A stretch of DNA of 64,000 bases from Acidobacteriota bacterium (lineage in GTDB: Bacteria; Acidobacteriota; CAIWXX01): NCBI GenBank assembly GCA_040755995.1, contig JBFMAF010000008.1, positions 1 to 64,000 on the forward strand. Reading direction: 5' to 3'. The notes under the pieces were generated by a model. It had not been told where the DNA came from, searched no databases, and worked only from the letters and a program-made list of their open reading frames with translations. A program made the position numbers and the translations under genes. Shown piece after piece: positions 49,681-58,512 of the stretch. Position 1 is the stretch's first letter. The number at the start of each line of letters is the position of its first letter.

Positions 49681-50599
49681 TCAGATCGACCAGTGCGCGC
49701 CTGTAGGCCTCCCGCTCTGCCTCTGACTTGAAGCGCACGTAGTGGAGCCGCGGGCGGCGCTCCTCCAGCAGCGCGAGGCCGCGGCAGGGATCGGTGCGGC
49801 AAATCACCGCCAGTGGCCTGCCGGGCGCGAAGCCCTCACCTGCACTCGCGAGCGCCTCCAGGTCGTGGCCGTCGACTTCCTCGACCCGGGCTCCGAATGC
49901 TTCGAGCCGTGCCCGGAGCGGTTCGATGCGCATGACGTCGTCTATCTTGCCGTCGCACTGCTGCCCGTTGGCGTCGATGTAGACGCCGAGGTTGTCGACA
50001 CTGTGGTAGCTGAGCGCGGCAAATGCCTCCCATGTCTGCCCCTCTTGAAACTCGCCGTCGGACATGAAGACCCAGACCCGGCCTGTGTCGCCGCGCAGCT
50101 TGCGCGCAAGGGCGATGCCGCCCGCCTGGCTGATCGCCTGGGCGAGCGATCCGGCGGTGATTTCGTGGCCCGGCGAGTGCTCGGCGCCGATCATCTCCAA
50201 CGTACTCCCATCCTTGTTGAAGTCGTCAAGGGCGCAGTCGCCAAGGCGGCCGACCTCTATCAGCGCGGAGTAGAGTACAAGCGCGTAGTGCACGGGCGAG
50301 AAGATGAAGCGGTCGAGCTCAGGAGCTCTCTGCCCGTTGTAGTCGGCGCCGGTGAAAGCCCGAAGCTCGCCGGCCCGGGGCGTGGCGACGAACGGCCCAG
50401 GCACGAGCGGGCCCTGGCTCGGCCCCAGGCGCATCACTTTAAGGTAAAGAGCGGCCAGGATCTCCGCGGAGGAGCACGCCTGACTGAGATAGCCGCCGTT
50501 GTTTCTAAGCGTATGCTCCAGCACTCGCCGTCGAACCCCTCGCGCCATCCGGGCAGCTCGCGCTTGCCAGTCGTCAGCTGTGCCGTTGTGCCTCGTCAT
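49670..50599 (-). CDS. Transketolase-like N-terminal (ThDP-binding) subunit, divergent
   Basis: DRFIFS..H, GSLAQA, ThDP motif SDGEFQEG...DANGQQCDG, VDGHD; overlaps the C-subunit start. Confidence 0.9.
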   Translation of the reverse strand: MTRHNGTADDWQARAARMARGVRRRVLEHTLRNNGGYLSQACSSAEILAALYLKVMRLGPSQGPLVPGPFVATPRAGELRAFTGADYNGQRAPELDRFIFSPVHYALVLYSALIEVGRLGDCALDDFNKDGSTLEMIGAEHSPGHEITAGSLAQAISQAGGIALARKLRGDTGRVWVFMSDGEFQEGQTWEAFAALSYHSVDNLGVYIDANGQQCDGKIDDVMRIEPLRARLEAFGARVEEVDGHDLEALASAGEGFAPGRPLAVICRTDPCRGLALLEERRPRLHYVRFKSEAEREAYRRALVDLSEA

Positions 50600-50770
50600 C
50601 TGCTCGCTCCGCGCCAACCCTCGTCTGCCTCAATCTACACCACTTCCCTCGTGCCACGCCACCGCCTCCGCCATGAATGCCGGAGGCACCGAGGATGGCC
50701 GAATGGCCGAGGATGATGTTGACACACCGTTCGTCCAGCGGCAAGGATCGCGTGCGAAGGGGCTTCCAGC

Positions 50771-52059
50771 GTGCGCGTCTGGTCACGATTCCTTTGCGCG
50801 TCCTTGGCCGGAGGGCTGCTTCTAGCATCGATCACAGAGGCTGAGCGGCTGCCCATAAAGATGTTCACAACAGCCGACGGGTTGGCGCGTGACCACGTCA
50901 ACGATATTTTCTGTGACTCGAAAGGCTACGTCTGGCTGTGCACCACCGAGGGGCTGTCCCGGTACGACGGATACGGATTCAGGAATTACGGGATCGCCGA
51001 CGGCCTCCCGCATCCCTTGGTCACAGACATGGTTGAGGCCGGGGAGGGCCGGTACTCGGTGGCCACGGCTGGCGGGCTCTGCATGTTCGATGCAACGCGA
51101 GGCGGGAAGTTCACGGTCTGTGGACCTACTAGTGAGGCCGCGGGGGGCAGGTTCGTCGGAGCGATCACACCGAATAGGTCCGGATGGCTGTGGTGTGCCA
51201 CTGGCGCCGGTCTCCTCAGGATGCGGTTGGAGCGGAACAAACCGCGATTCGAAAAGGTTGATTTCGGCATGGCCTGGCCAACCAAAGAAGGCCCGCGAGT
51301 TCTCGACGTCGTCGAAGATCGGCTTGGCAGACTATGGATTGCGGCAGAGGGTGAGCTCTACAGCTACGATACCAACGCTCGCGCCGGCACCCGCGTCCCC
51401 GGCTTCGGCTCACCGTCCAATGGCGTCGGTGTGCTCCTGGCCGATCGAGACGGTAGCACATGGGTAGGGACAACAAATGGCGTCTACAAGCTGGCCGTGG
51501 ACGCGGCTGGTGAGGTTGCGGTGGAGCAGTCCTGGGGAGCCGCGACAGGGCTTCCTGTGGCGCACGTCGGGTCGCTGTTCCAGTCTTCGGACGGCAGCGT
51601 CTGGGTGGGCACGTTCGGCGGCTTGACATCATTCCGTCCGAATCGGGACGCAGGCGGATTCGATCTGCGATCCTACACGACGGCCAATGGTCTCAGCGAC
51701 GTCGGAATCGGGAGCATCACAGAAGACAGGGATGACAACCTGTGGGTCGGTACCGAGGTCGGCGGCGTGATGAAGATCTCGCAGAGCGGGTTCATGTCCT
51801 ACGACGGGGCCGACGGGCTGGGAGGCATTCGAATCGATGCAATCTTCGAGGACCTGCAGGGGGAACTCTGTGCCTACACCACCCTGCGAGACAGCATCAA
51901 CATATCGAGGTGGATGGGAAACGCCTTTCGAGTCACGCGGCCGAATCTTCCCTGCGGGATCACCTACACGGGGTGGGGCACCCACCAGCTCGCTCTACAG
52001 GACCACACGGGTGAGTGGTGGATACCCACCGGACAGGGGCTCTGCCGCTACCCGGGTAG
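50771..52059 (+). pseudogene. Truncated two-component sensor with ligand-binding beta-propeller (Reg_prop repeats)
   Basis: Signal peptide, FTTADGL, DSKGYVWLCTTEGLSRYDG, EDRDDNLWVGT repeats. It breaks mid-propeller with no TM or kinase; the ORF formally stops at 52138. Confidence 0.8.
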
Positions 52060-52493
52060 TCAGCCCCAAAGAGACCGCTCACGGGGAGCTCGGCCGCAGG
52101 GAGGAATGAATCGGGCTGGTCATGATCGGCATTGTTGACCAGGATGTCGACCTTTCCGAGAAGCGCTTCAGCCTTGTCCATGAGGCGTAGGATGTTGTCG
52201 GGGTCGGCAAGGTCAACCTCCCATGCCTCGCAGCGGCCTCCGAACGAGTCGACAGAGCGGATGACACCTTCGGCGCCCTGGGCAAGTATCTTGTGGTAGA
52301 GGTTGGGGCCTGGGTCCTCCGACGCTTTGAGTTCCCCATTACATCCCACTCCGAGCCACTCTGGAAAGAGCCGCAGGTACGTCACGAAGATGTCCGCCCC
52401 TTCGCTGGCCAGCGCGATGGCCGTGGCTGCGCCAATGCCGTGATTGGCGCCTGTCACCAGCGCCACCTTGCCATTGAGTCCAGTGTCCATCAT
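52048..52493 (-). pseudogene. Truncated short-chain dehydrogenase/reductase
   Basis: AAGGAG RBS; GKVALVTGANHGIG, DILVNNA. The catalytic YxxxK half is missing. Confidence 0.82.
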
Positions 52494-52837
52494 GGTCGTT
52501 CTCCTTTGAGGAATGACAGAATGCACGGATCGCCATGCCCGCCGACAGCGGGTCGAAGGAGGAGTAACTCAGGATAGGCTTACTTCATCGTCTTCTGGAC
52601 CAGACAATAGGCCGTTCGAGCAGGCATGTCAATCCATGCGCGATGAGACACAATGCAAGCGAGATGGGGCCGCGAGTCTCCGCGGGTGCACAACGTCGCA
52701 ATCACGCGACTAGCTCCCGCCGGACCGTCGCAGTGGCGCGGCTCCTAACACGTCCACGGCGCTCCGGACCCTCTCCAAGCGCTTGATCAGCAACTGCCTG
52801 ATTCACCTCTGCCAAGACCCCCTGCCGCACGGCCCAT

Positions 52838-52853
52838 CGGCACGTGAATTGCA
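52838..52853 (+). promoter_or_regulatory. Sigma-54 (-24/-12) promoter
   Basis: CGGCACG-TGAA-TTGCA with GG-N10-GC spacing, just upstream of the NifX-like gene. Confidence 0.75.
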
Positions 52854-52876
52854 GGGCTACCAAGGGGAGGCGTACC

Positions 52877-53428
52877 TTGAGCAAGGTGGCGGTTACGCAA
52901 TGGCTGGGTAGAGTTGCGCCCTTGTTCGACACGGCCCGTAGGGTCGTAGTCGTGGACGTGCGGGACGGCGCGAGGGGTTCGAGCCAAGAAGGGGAATTGC
53001 CGGACGGAGGGCCGAGCCACAGAATCCAGGCACTCTGCACCCTCGGCGTCGACGCGCTGATCTGCGGGGCGATATCGAGGCCGATCGCCCGGATGCTCGG
53101 TGCATGCGGCATCAGCGTTATCCCTTTCGTCGCCGGGTCTGTCGACGATGTCCTAAACGCTTACACCTCTGGAAGACTCCAATCGCCCCAGTTCGCTATG
53201 CCGGGGTGCGGCCAGGGGCGAGGCCGCGGTGGCCGGGGGCCGGGGGGTCAGTGCGTTTGTCCGAAGTGCGGCCGCCGAGAGCCGCATCTGAGGGGCAGCC
53301 CGTGCAGCGATGAGGCATGCCCCGTGTGCGGGTCACAAATGATGAGGGGGAGAGGGCCCTCTCGCGGGAAGGGAGGAGTACCATGGCAGGAACAGCCAGA
53401 ACAGGGCAGTGGGAATGGGGACCGATGA
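52877..53428 (+). CDS. NifB/NifX (FeMo-cofactor-binding family) protein fused to a Cys-rich GPGG-CxCPxCG domain
   Basis: GGAGG RBS with TTG start; RVAPLFD, VDALICGAIS; GPGGQCVCPKCG..PHLRGSPC..CPVCG. Confidence 0.82.
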   Translation: MSKVAVTQWLGRVAPLFDTARRVVVVDVRDGARGSSQEGELPDGGPSHRIQALCTLGVDALICGAISRPIARMLGACGISVIPFVAGSVDDVLNAYTSGRLQSPQFAMPGCGQGRGRGGRGPGGQCVCPKCGRREPHLRGSPCSDEACPVCGSQMMRGRGPSRGKGGVPWQEQPEQGSGNGDR

Positions 53429-53730
53429 GCGGCCGGCCCGTCGGGTACGGCGGAGGAGCTGGCGGTGGAGGCGGCGCCGGATACGGTGGCTCGCACACAC
53501 GGCACGCCGCCGGGCACGGTTGGCGCCACATCTTCCGCACATCCTGGATCCCTGGATGGATGCGATTCGGGCCGGGCTGGGAGCCGCTCTCCCCCGCCGG
53601 GCGCACCGAGCTCACCCACGAGTCGGAGAAGGAGTATTTGCAGCAGGAAATCGCCGCACTTCAAGACCAGCTCGATATCGCCAAGAGGCGCCTGGAAGAG
53701 CTCTCAGCCGCCGATCAGAAAGAGGGATGA
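53383..53730 (+). CDS. DUF5320-like Gly-rich protein with C-terminal coiled coil
   Basis: GGAGG RBS; GPMSGRPVGY, PGWMRFG, EKEYLQQEIAALQDQL; paralog of 57010-57378. Confidence 0.75.
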   Translation: MAGTARTGQWEWGPMSGRPVGYGGGAGGGGGAGYGGSHTRHAAGHGWRHIFRTSWIPGWMRFGPGWEPLSPAGRTELTHESEKEYLQQEIAALQDQLDIAKRRLEELSAADQKEG

Positions 53731-53886
53731 GAGGCAGAAGGCGCGGCTGCCCGAGCATTCGCTCGAACAACCTCCGCGATTGGATTCCCCGGGGTCGAGG
53801 TCTCCGTCGACGAGGACTTGGGTGTAGTCTGGCAGCCGCGATCGGCCCCTGCCTCTCGTCATCGGTGCGGGAACGCGGAGGTCTCT

Positions 53887-53918
53887 TCACCGCGTCACCG
53901 TGTCTCCGCGTCTCCGCG
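53887..53918. repeat. Short tandem repeat, 4 x 8 bp (TC[A/T]CCG[C/T]G)
   Basis: tcaccgcg tcaccgtg tctccgcg tctccgcg in an intergenic region. Confidence 0.55.
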
Positions 53919-54142
53919 TCTACTTCAATGGAGCGCCGCGTCCCCGTCCGCTCCACCCCAACAAGTGGTCGGGGATCGGGAGCCCTTGTTGCTACCCGCG
54001 CGGCGCATCTCGGGGAGGGGCGGTGAGCAGTGCTCCTCCGGTCTCGCCGTCCCTCCCCATTCTTTTCGGGACCTCGGAGCGCGCGCTCAGGCTCGCACTC
54101 CGCCCCTGCCGCCGACTATAATCGATGCGAGGTGGCGGAGGA

Positions 54143-55066
54143 GTGAAGTCGCGACCTGGACTTGAAGCAGCGCTGGCCGCTCTCCTGTCCGCGTGGTTTG
54201 GCGCCGCGGGATGCTGCGAAGGTTCGCCTGTCATCATCGACACGGATATGGCGCTGGACGATGTGCGCGCCATCGCTCTGCTCGCCTGTTCGAAGACACT
54301 GGAGATCAAAGCCGTCGTCACCTCTGACGGCGCAGCCGGTGCAGCTGCTGGATACGAGAACGCACTGGCTGTACTCGCGATCCTCGATCTCGATCACGTT
54401 CCGGTCGGGATGGGTCGGCCGCTGGACGCGCCACCGCCGCCTTGGCGCGGGCTTTCCGACGCGCTTGGATGGTCTCCGATGGGCTCGGCGGGTACACCGG
54501 GCCGATCACCGGCCGAGACGGTCGCGGTGGTGTCCAGCACTCTGGATGGCTCGGCCGCTCCCGTTGACTACATCTGCCTGGGACCACTCACGAACCTGGC
54601 GCAGGTGCTGCGGGAGAAGCCTGCGTTAGCGACCCGAATCGCAAGGGTGCTCTATGTTGGATCGAAGCGCGCCGATCCAACACCAGGCTGGAACACGCTT
54701 CGCGACACGGAGGGCGCCGATCGGGTCCTCGGGGCAGACCTCACCGTCTACCAGTTCGACTTGGAAGAGCCGAACGTGCTCCGATTCGATTCCGGCCTGT
54801 GGCAGGAGGTCGGTCGGATCGATACGGTCCCTTCAAATCTCATCTACGACCTGCATCGCGACAGCCGCGTCCAGGCGCTGCTGCGGGAACGGCATTTCTG
54901 TGCGTGGGACGAGACTGTCGCCCTCTACTTGCACGCTCCGACCATCGCCAGCACAGAACCACTCCCGGGTCGACCGCGCGGGCTCAGGATAGGCGGAGTA
55001 GACGTCGATGCCGCCCGGAACACTTACCTGGCGATCCTGAGACGGGGTCGAGCGGGACGATCGTGA
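54143..55066 (+). CDS. Nucleoside hydrolase (IU-NH family) with signal-peptide-like N-terminus
   Basis: IIDTDMALDD Asp cluster, LGPLTNLA, GWN, AWD. Start uncertain (54125 or 54143). Confidence 0.82.
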   Translation: MKSRPGLEAALAALLSAWFGAAGCCEGSPVIIDTDMALDDVRAIALLACSKTLEIKAVVTSDGAAGAAAGYENALAVLAILDLDHVPVGMGRPLDAPPPPWRGLSDALGWSPMGSAGTPGRSPAETVAVVSSTLDGSAAPVDYICLGPLTNLAQVLREKPALATRIARVLYVGSKRADPTPGWNTLRDTEGADRVLGADLTVYQFDLEEPNVLRFDSGLWQEVGRIDTVPSNLIYDLHRDSRVQALLRERHFCAWDETVALYLHAPTIASTEPLPGRPRGLRIGGVDVDAARNTYLAILRRGRAGRS

Positions 55067-55223
55067 TCGCCTACGAGGCACCGACCGGAACCCCCATCGA
55101 TCAGCAACCGCATTCTCCGCCCAGTGCGTGTCCGGCGTCTCACACGCCCCCAACGCGGCAGCCGGGCCTTCTCGGCGGGCAATGCCTCGCATACAACGTG
55201 GCCCCTACTCAAGGAGACGACAC

Positions 55224-56489
55224 ATGGAAGCGTCGAATCGACCGGAGGATCTGAAGAAACATTTCTACCTGGATTGCGGATTCGCCACACGCGCGCTGCA
55301 TGCAGGTGAGCACGTCGGGCAACCGCATTTCACGAACCACACCAACGCGATATTCCAGACGTCCACGTTCACCTTCGAAACGGCGAAGGACGGTGCCGAT
55401 CTGTTCGCGGCGCGGAAGGAGGGATTTGTCTACACGCGCATGGGCAACCCCACGGTGCTCGTGCTCGAGGCCAAGCTCGCAGCCCTCGAAGGGTGCGCCT
55501 ACAAATTGGCGCATCCTGAGAAGACCGTGTCGTGCATTGCGTTTTCCTCGGGAATGGCAGCCATCTCCTCCACGATGATGGCCATCCTGCGCCCCGGCGA
55601 TACACTGATCGCCGGAGAGGTGCTTTATGGCGCCACCGAGGACTTCTTCCGGACCGTCCTGCAGCCGCTTGGGATACGGTGGGTGCCCGTCGAGACCTCG
55701 AACCTGGAACTTCTTGAGGCAGCCCTGCGCCAGCACGACCGCGTGCGTGCTGTCTACTTCGAGACGCCGACCAACCCGTTGATGGGGATCACCGACATAC
55801 AGGCGCTTTCGACTCTCGTGCGCAGCATCAGGCCCGACTGCCACATCGTCGTCGACAACACTTTCGCGACACCGTTCCTGCAGCGCCCCCTCGAGCTCGG
55901 CGCAGACGTCGTGCTGCACTCCACCACCAAGTACATCGGGGGCCACGGCACGGTGATCGGCGGTGCAGTGATCATGGTGGACGAGGAGGTGCGCACTCAC
56001 CTCTACCACATGATGAAGGATTTCGGTGGGTGTCCGTCGCCGTTCGATGCGTGGCTCGTGAACGCAGGGCTGAAGACCCTGCCCCTCCGAATGCGCGAGC
56101 ACTGCGCCAACGCGCAGCGCATCGCCGAGTTCCTCGAACAGCACCCGAAGGTCGATCGCGTCTTCTACCCAGGGCTGCCTTCCTTCCCGCAGCATGACAT
56201 GGCCAAGAAGCAGATGAGCGGGTTCGGCGGCATCCTGTCATTCGAGATCAAAGGAGGCTACGCCGCCGCCGAGAAGGTGATGAACAGCGTGAGGTTGTTC
56301 ACCCTGGCAGTCTCCCTTGGATGCGTGGATTCGCTGATCCAGCATCCAGCGTCCATGACCCACGCCATGATCCCGCGCGGGGAGCGCGAGCGCATCGGGA
56401 TCTCCGAGGGCCTCGTTCGCCTCTCTGTCGGCGCGGAGGACGTGAACGACCTGCTGGGCGACCTCGAAAGCGCGCTCGGCAACGCGTAG
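55224..56489 (+). CDS. Cys/Met metabolism PLP enzyme (methionine gamma-lyase/cystathionine gamma-lyase/synthase family)
   Basis: [46 protein letters not shown] (PLP Lys), LAVSLG, HPASMTH. Confidence 0.92.
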   Translation: MEASNRPEDLKKHFYLDCGFATRALHAGEHVGQPHFTNHTNAIFQTSTFTFETAKDGADLFAARKEGFVYTRMGNPTVLVLEAKLAALEGCAYKLAHPEKTVSCIAFSSGMAAISSTMMAILRPGDTLIAGEVLYGATEDFFRTVLQPLGIRWVPVETSNLELLEAALRQHDRVRAVYFETPTNPLMGITDIQALSTLVRSIRPDCHIVVDNTFATPFLQRPLELGADVVLHSTTKYIGGHGTVIGGAVIMVDEEVRTHLYHMMKDFGGCPSPFDAWLVNAGLKTLPLRMREHCANAQRIAEFLEQHPKVDRVFYPGLPSFPQHDMAKKQMSGFGGILSFEIKGGYAAAEKVMNSVRLFTLAVSLGCVDSLIQHPASMTHAMIPRGERERIGISEGLVRLSVGAEDVNDLLGDLESALGNA

Positions 56490-56713
56490 CGAAGACTGAA
56501 TCGTCTAATAGCGCGGGTCGAGCACCGCCCCGTGGCCTTGCTGGTTCGGCGCGCACACCTCCCGGCATTCCCCGATCCCCCTCGGAGTCGCAGAAACGCG
56601 ACTCGTCTGGGCGGCCTCGGTATCGCCAGGGCGACCCCGGCGGAAGGATCGAGTATTGCGATTACCCGCGCTATCAAGCGGTCGATCTCCTCTTCGATGC
56701 CCCTGTGCCCCCC

Positions 56714-56729
56714 TGGCACTATCTTTGCT
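56714..56729 (+). promoter_or_regulatory. Sigma-54 (-24/-12) promoter
   Basis: TGGCAC-TATCT-TTGCT with GG-N10-GC spacing, upstream of the ORP-like operon. Confidence 0.82.
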
Positions 56730-56753
56730 ATGCATGAAACCTGGAGGAAAGGA

Positions 56754-56981
56754 ATGAACCAGAGAACAAGAGAAGGACGAGGGGCGATGGGCGGGAGGCG
56801 CAGAGACGTGGGCGGCCCAGGCGGACAGGGCCGCGGCCGGATGGGCGGAGCCTTCGCGGCCGGCCCCGGCGGTGAATGCGTCTGTCCGCAGTGCGGCCAT
56901 CGCGAGCCGCATCAGCGCGGGGTGCCCTGCACCGGACGACTGTGTCCCAAGTGCGGGGTCGCCATGACAAGAGAACCATGA
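56754..56981 (+). CDS. Small Gly/Cys-rich protein (GPGG-CxCPxCG domain)
   Basis: GPGGECVCPQCGHREPHQRGVPCTGRLCPKCGVAMTRE; same domain as the C-terminus of 52877-53428. Start 56754 or 56787. Confidence 0.75.
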   Translation: MNQRTREGRGAMGGRRRDVGGPGGQGRGRMGGAFAAGPGGECVCPQCGHREPHQRGVPCTGRLCPKCGVAMTREP

Positions 56982-57009
56982 CTGGATATGCACGAAAGGA
57001 GAACGACAC

Positions 57010-57378
57010 ATGCCGAGAGGTGACAGAACCGGGCCCGTCGGAATGGGTCCTATGACAGGCCGCGGAGCGGGATACTGTGCTGGGTTCGGCATGCCTGGCT
57101 ACGCGAATGCGGCGCCTGGGCAAGCGTGGGGCTTCGGCCGGACGGGTAGAGGAGCTGGCCGCGGATTCGCTGGGGGGGGTCGCGGACGGCGGCACTGGTT
57201 CCACGCAACTGGTTTGCCGGGGTGGATGCGATTCGGCGGCTGGGTGGGGCCGTACGCGAAAGCGGACCCGGAGCTGGAGAAGCATGCACTGAAGAGCCAG
57301 GCACAAGCCATACAGGCGGAGCTGGACTCGATCCAGAGCCGGCTCTCCGAGTTGGAAGCCAACGCAGGCAAGGAGTAA
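57010..57378 (+). CDS. DUF5320-family protein
   Basis: MPRGDRTGPVGMGPMTGRGAGYC, Gly/Arg-rich middle, C-terminal coiled coil. Confidence 0.85.
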   Translation: MPRGDRTGPVGMGPMTGRGAGYCAGFGMPGYANAAPGQAWGFGRTGRGAGRGFAGGGRGRRHWFHATGLPGWMRFGGWVGPYAKADPELEKHALKSQAQAIQAELDSIQSRLSELEANAGKE

Positions 57379-57387
57379 CTGGAAACC

Positions 57388-57417
57388 GGGCGGGGGGCCC
57401 GAACGGGCTCTCCGTCC
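57388..57417 (+). terminator. GC-rich hairpin without U-tract (attenuator or mRNA-stability element)
   Basis: GGGCGGGGGGCCC-GAAC-GGGCTCTCCGTCC forms a 13-bp stem (3 G-U pairs) right after the stop codon. Confidence 0.5.
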
Positions 57418-57559
57418 ACTGACGAGCCAATGAGGACATTGTGGAACAATCGATGAGACTTCCCCTGATAGGAGAGAAGGCGGCGTCTTACAAGGCCGAA
57501 ACCACGCAGTGCCCGATCACCTTCCCCGACGATTTCAGGGGCAGGTGGTGGAGGAGATG

Positions 57560-57922
57560 ATGAAGGTCGCCTTCAGCACGTCGGGGGAGGCTTTGGATGC
57601 TCCGCTGGATGGTCGTTTCGGCCGGGCTCCCAGGTTCCTTGTCTATGACTTGGACAGTGCAACCTTCGAGCTTGTCGACAACGATCAGGCACTCAACAGC
57701 GCTCAAGGGGCAGGCATACAGGCGGCGGAAAAGGTGAGCCGAGCGGGTGTCGGCTGCGTCGTCACGGGGCATTGCGGTCCGAAGGCGTTTCGGGTCCTCT
57801 CTGCCGCGGGTATCAAGGTCTACAACACGAACTCGGCGACTGTAGCGGAAGCGTTGGAACAACTTCGCTCTGGGAGACTCACTCCGGCGTCCGCCGCGGG
57901 CGTGGATGGGCACTGGTTGTGA
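57560..57922 (+). CDS. NifB/NifX family protein (Orange-protein-like)
   Basis: DGRFGRAPRF, QGAGIQAA, TGHCGPKAFRVLSAAGIKVY. Confidence 0.88.
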   Translation: MKVAFSTSGEALDAPLDGRFGRAPRFLVYDLDSATFELVDNDQALNSAQGAGIQAAEKVSRAGVGCVVTGHCGPKAFRVLSAAGIKVYNTNSATVAEALEQLRSGRLTPASAAGVDGHWL

Positions 57923-58503
57923 GCAAGACGAGCCGTGTTCCCCGCACGATCTCCTATAGACCGATCGGCGTCATACGCAGCGAGCATCGCGACCCGGAGA
58001 AGACGCCGATTCAGCCCTGCTATGCCCGGGGCTGCAAGGGCCGCGCCGTGGTACTCCCCGAGTATGCCAAAGGCCTGAAGGACCTGGACCGCTTCTCGCA
58101 CGTCATTCTGCTCTACCACCTTCACAAGGCCGGCAGTCCGCTACTGACAGTGAAGCCGTTTATGGACGACGTCCCCAGGGGAGTCTTTGCGACGCGACAT
58201 CCGTGCCGCCCAAATGCCATCGGAATGAGCGTCGTGCGCCTTCTGCGGGTGGAGGGCTCTACGCTACACGTGGAAGACGTGGACATTCTGGACGGCACGC
58301 CGCTGCTAGACATCAAGCCCTTCGTCCGCCGGCTGGACTCGGTCCGCCGGTCGCACGGAGGTTGGACCGAACAGGTGGACGCGAAGACGGCGAGGGTGCG
58401 GGGCCGCAGGGGCTACCGACAGCGCAGCGGTACGGGGACAGGCGGCGATCTAACGAAAGGCTTGGGCCATAGGCGTCTTCGCGCCCGGGGCTCGAGTAGC
58501 TGA
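57919..58503 (+). CDS. tsaA: TsaA/TrmO-family SAM-binding protein (tRNA t6A37 N6-methyltransferase-like)
   Basis: PIGVIRS, GVFATRHPCRPNAIG, DILDGTPLLDIKPF; GTGA overlap with the upstream gene. Confidence 0.88.
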   Translation: MSKTSRVPRTISYRPIGVIRSEHRDPEKTPIQPCYARGCKGRAVVLPEYAKGLKDLDRFSHVILLYHLHKAGSPLLTVKPFMDDVPRGVFATRHPCRPNAIGMSVVRLLRVEGSTLHVEDVDILDGTPLLDIKPFVRRLDSVRRSHGGWTEQVDAKTARVRGRRGYRQRSGTGTGGDLTKGLGHRRLRARGSSS

Positions 58504-58512
58504 CCCGCCGAA

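Noticed and set aside
55067..55223. SAM riboswitch upstream of the Met/Cys lyase
   Set aside because: Only a CAGCAACC fragment resembles SAM-I; I could not find the P1 AUC/GAU or kink-turn elements. An Rfam scan would be decisive.
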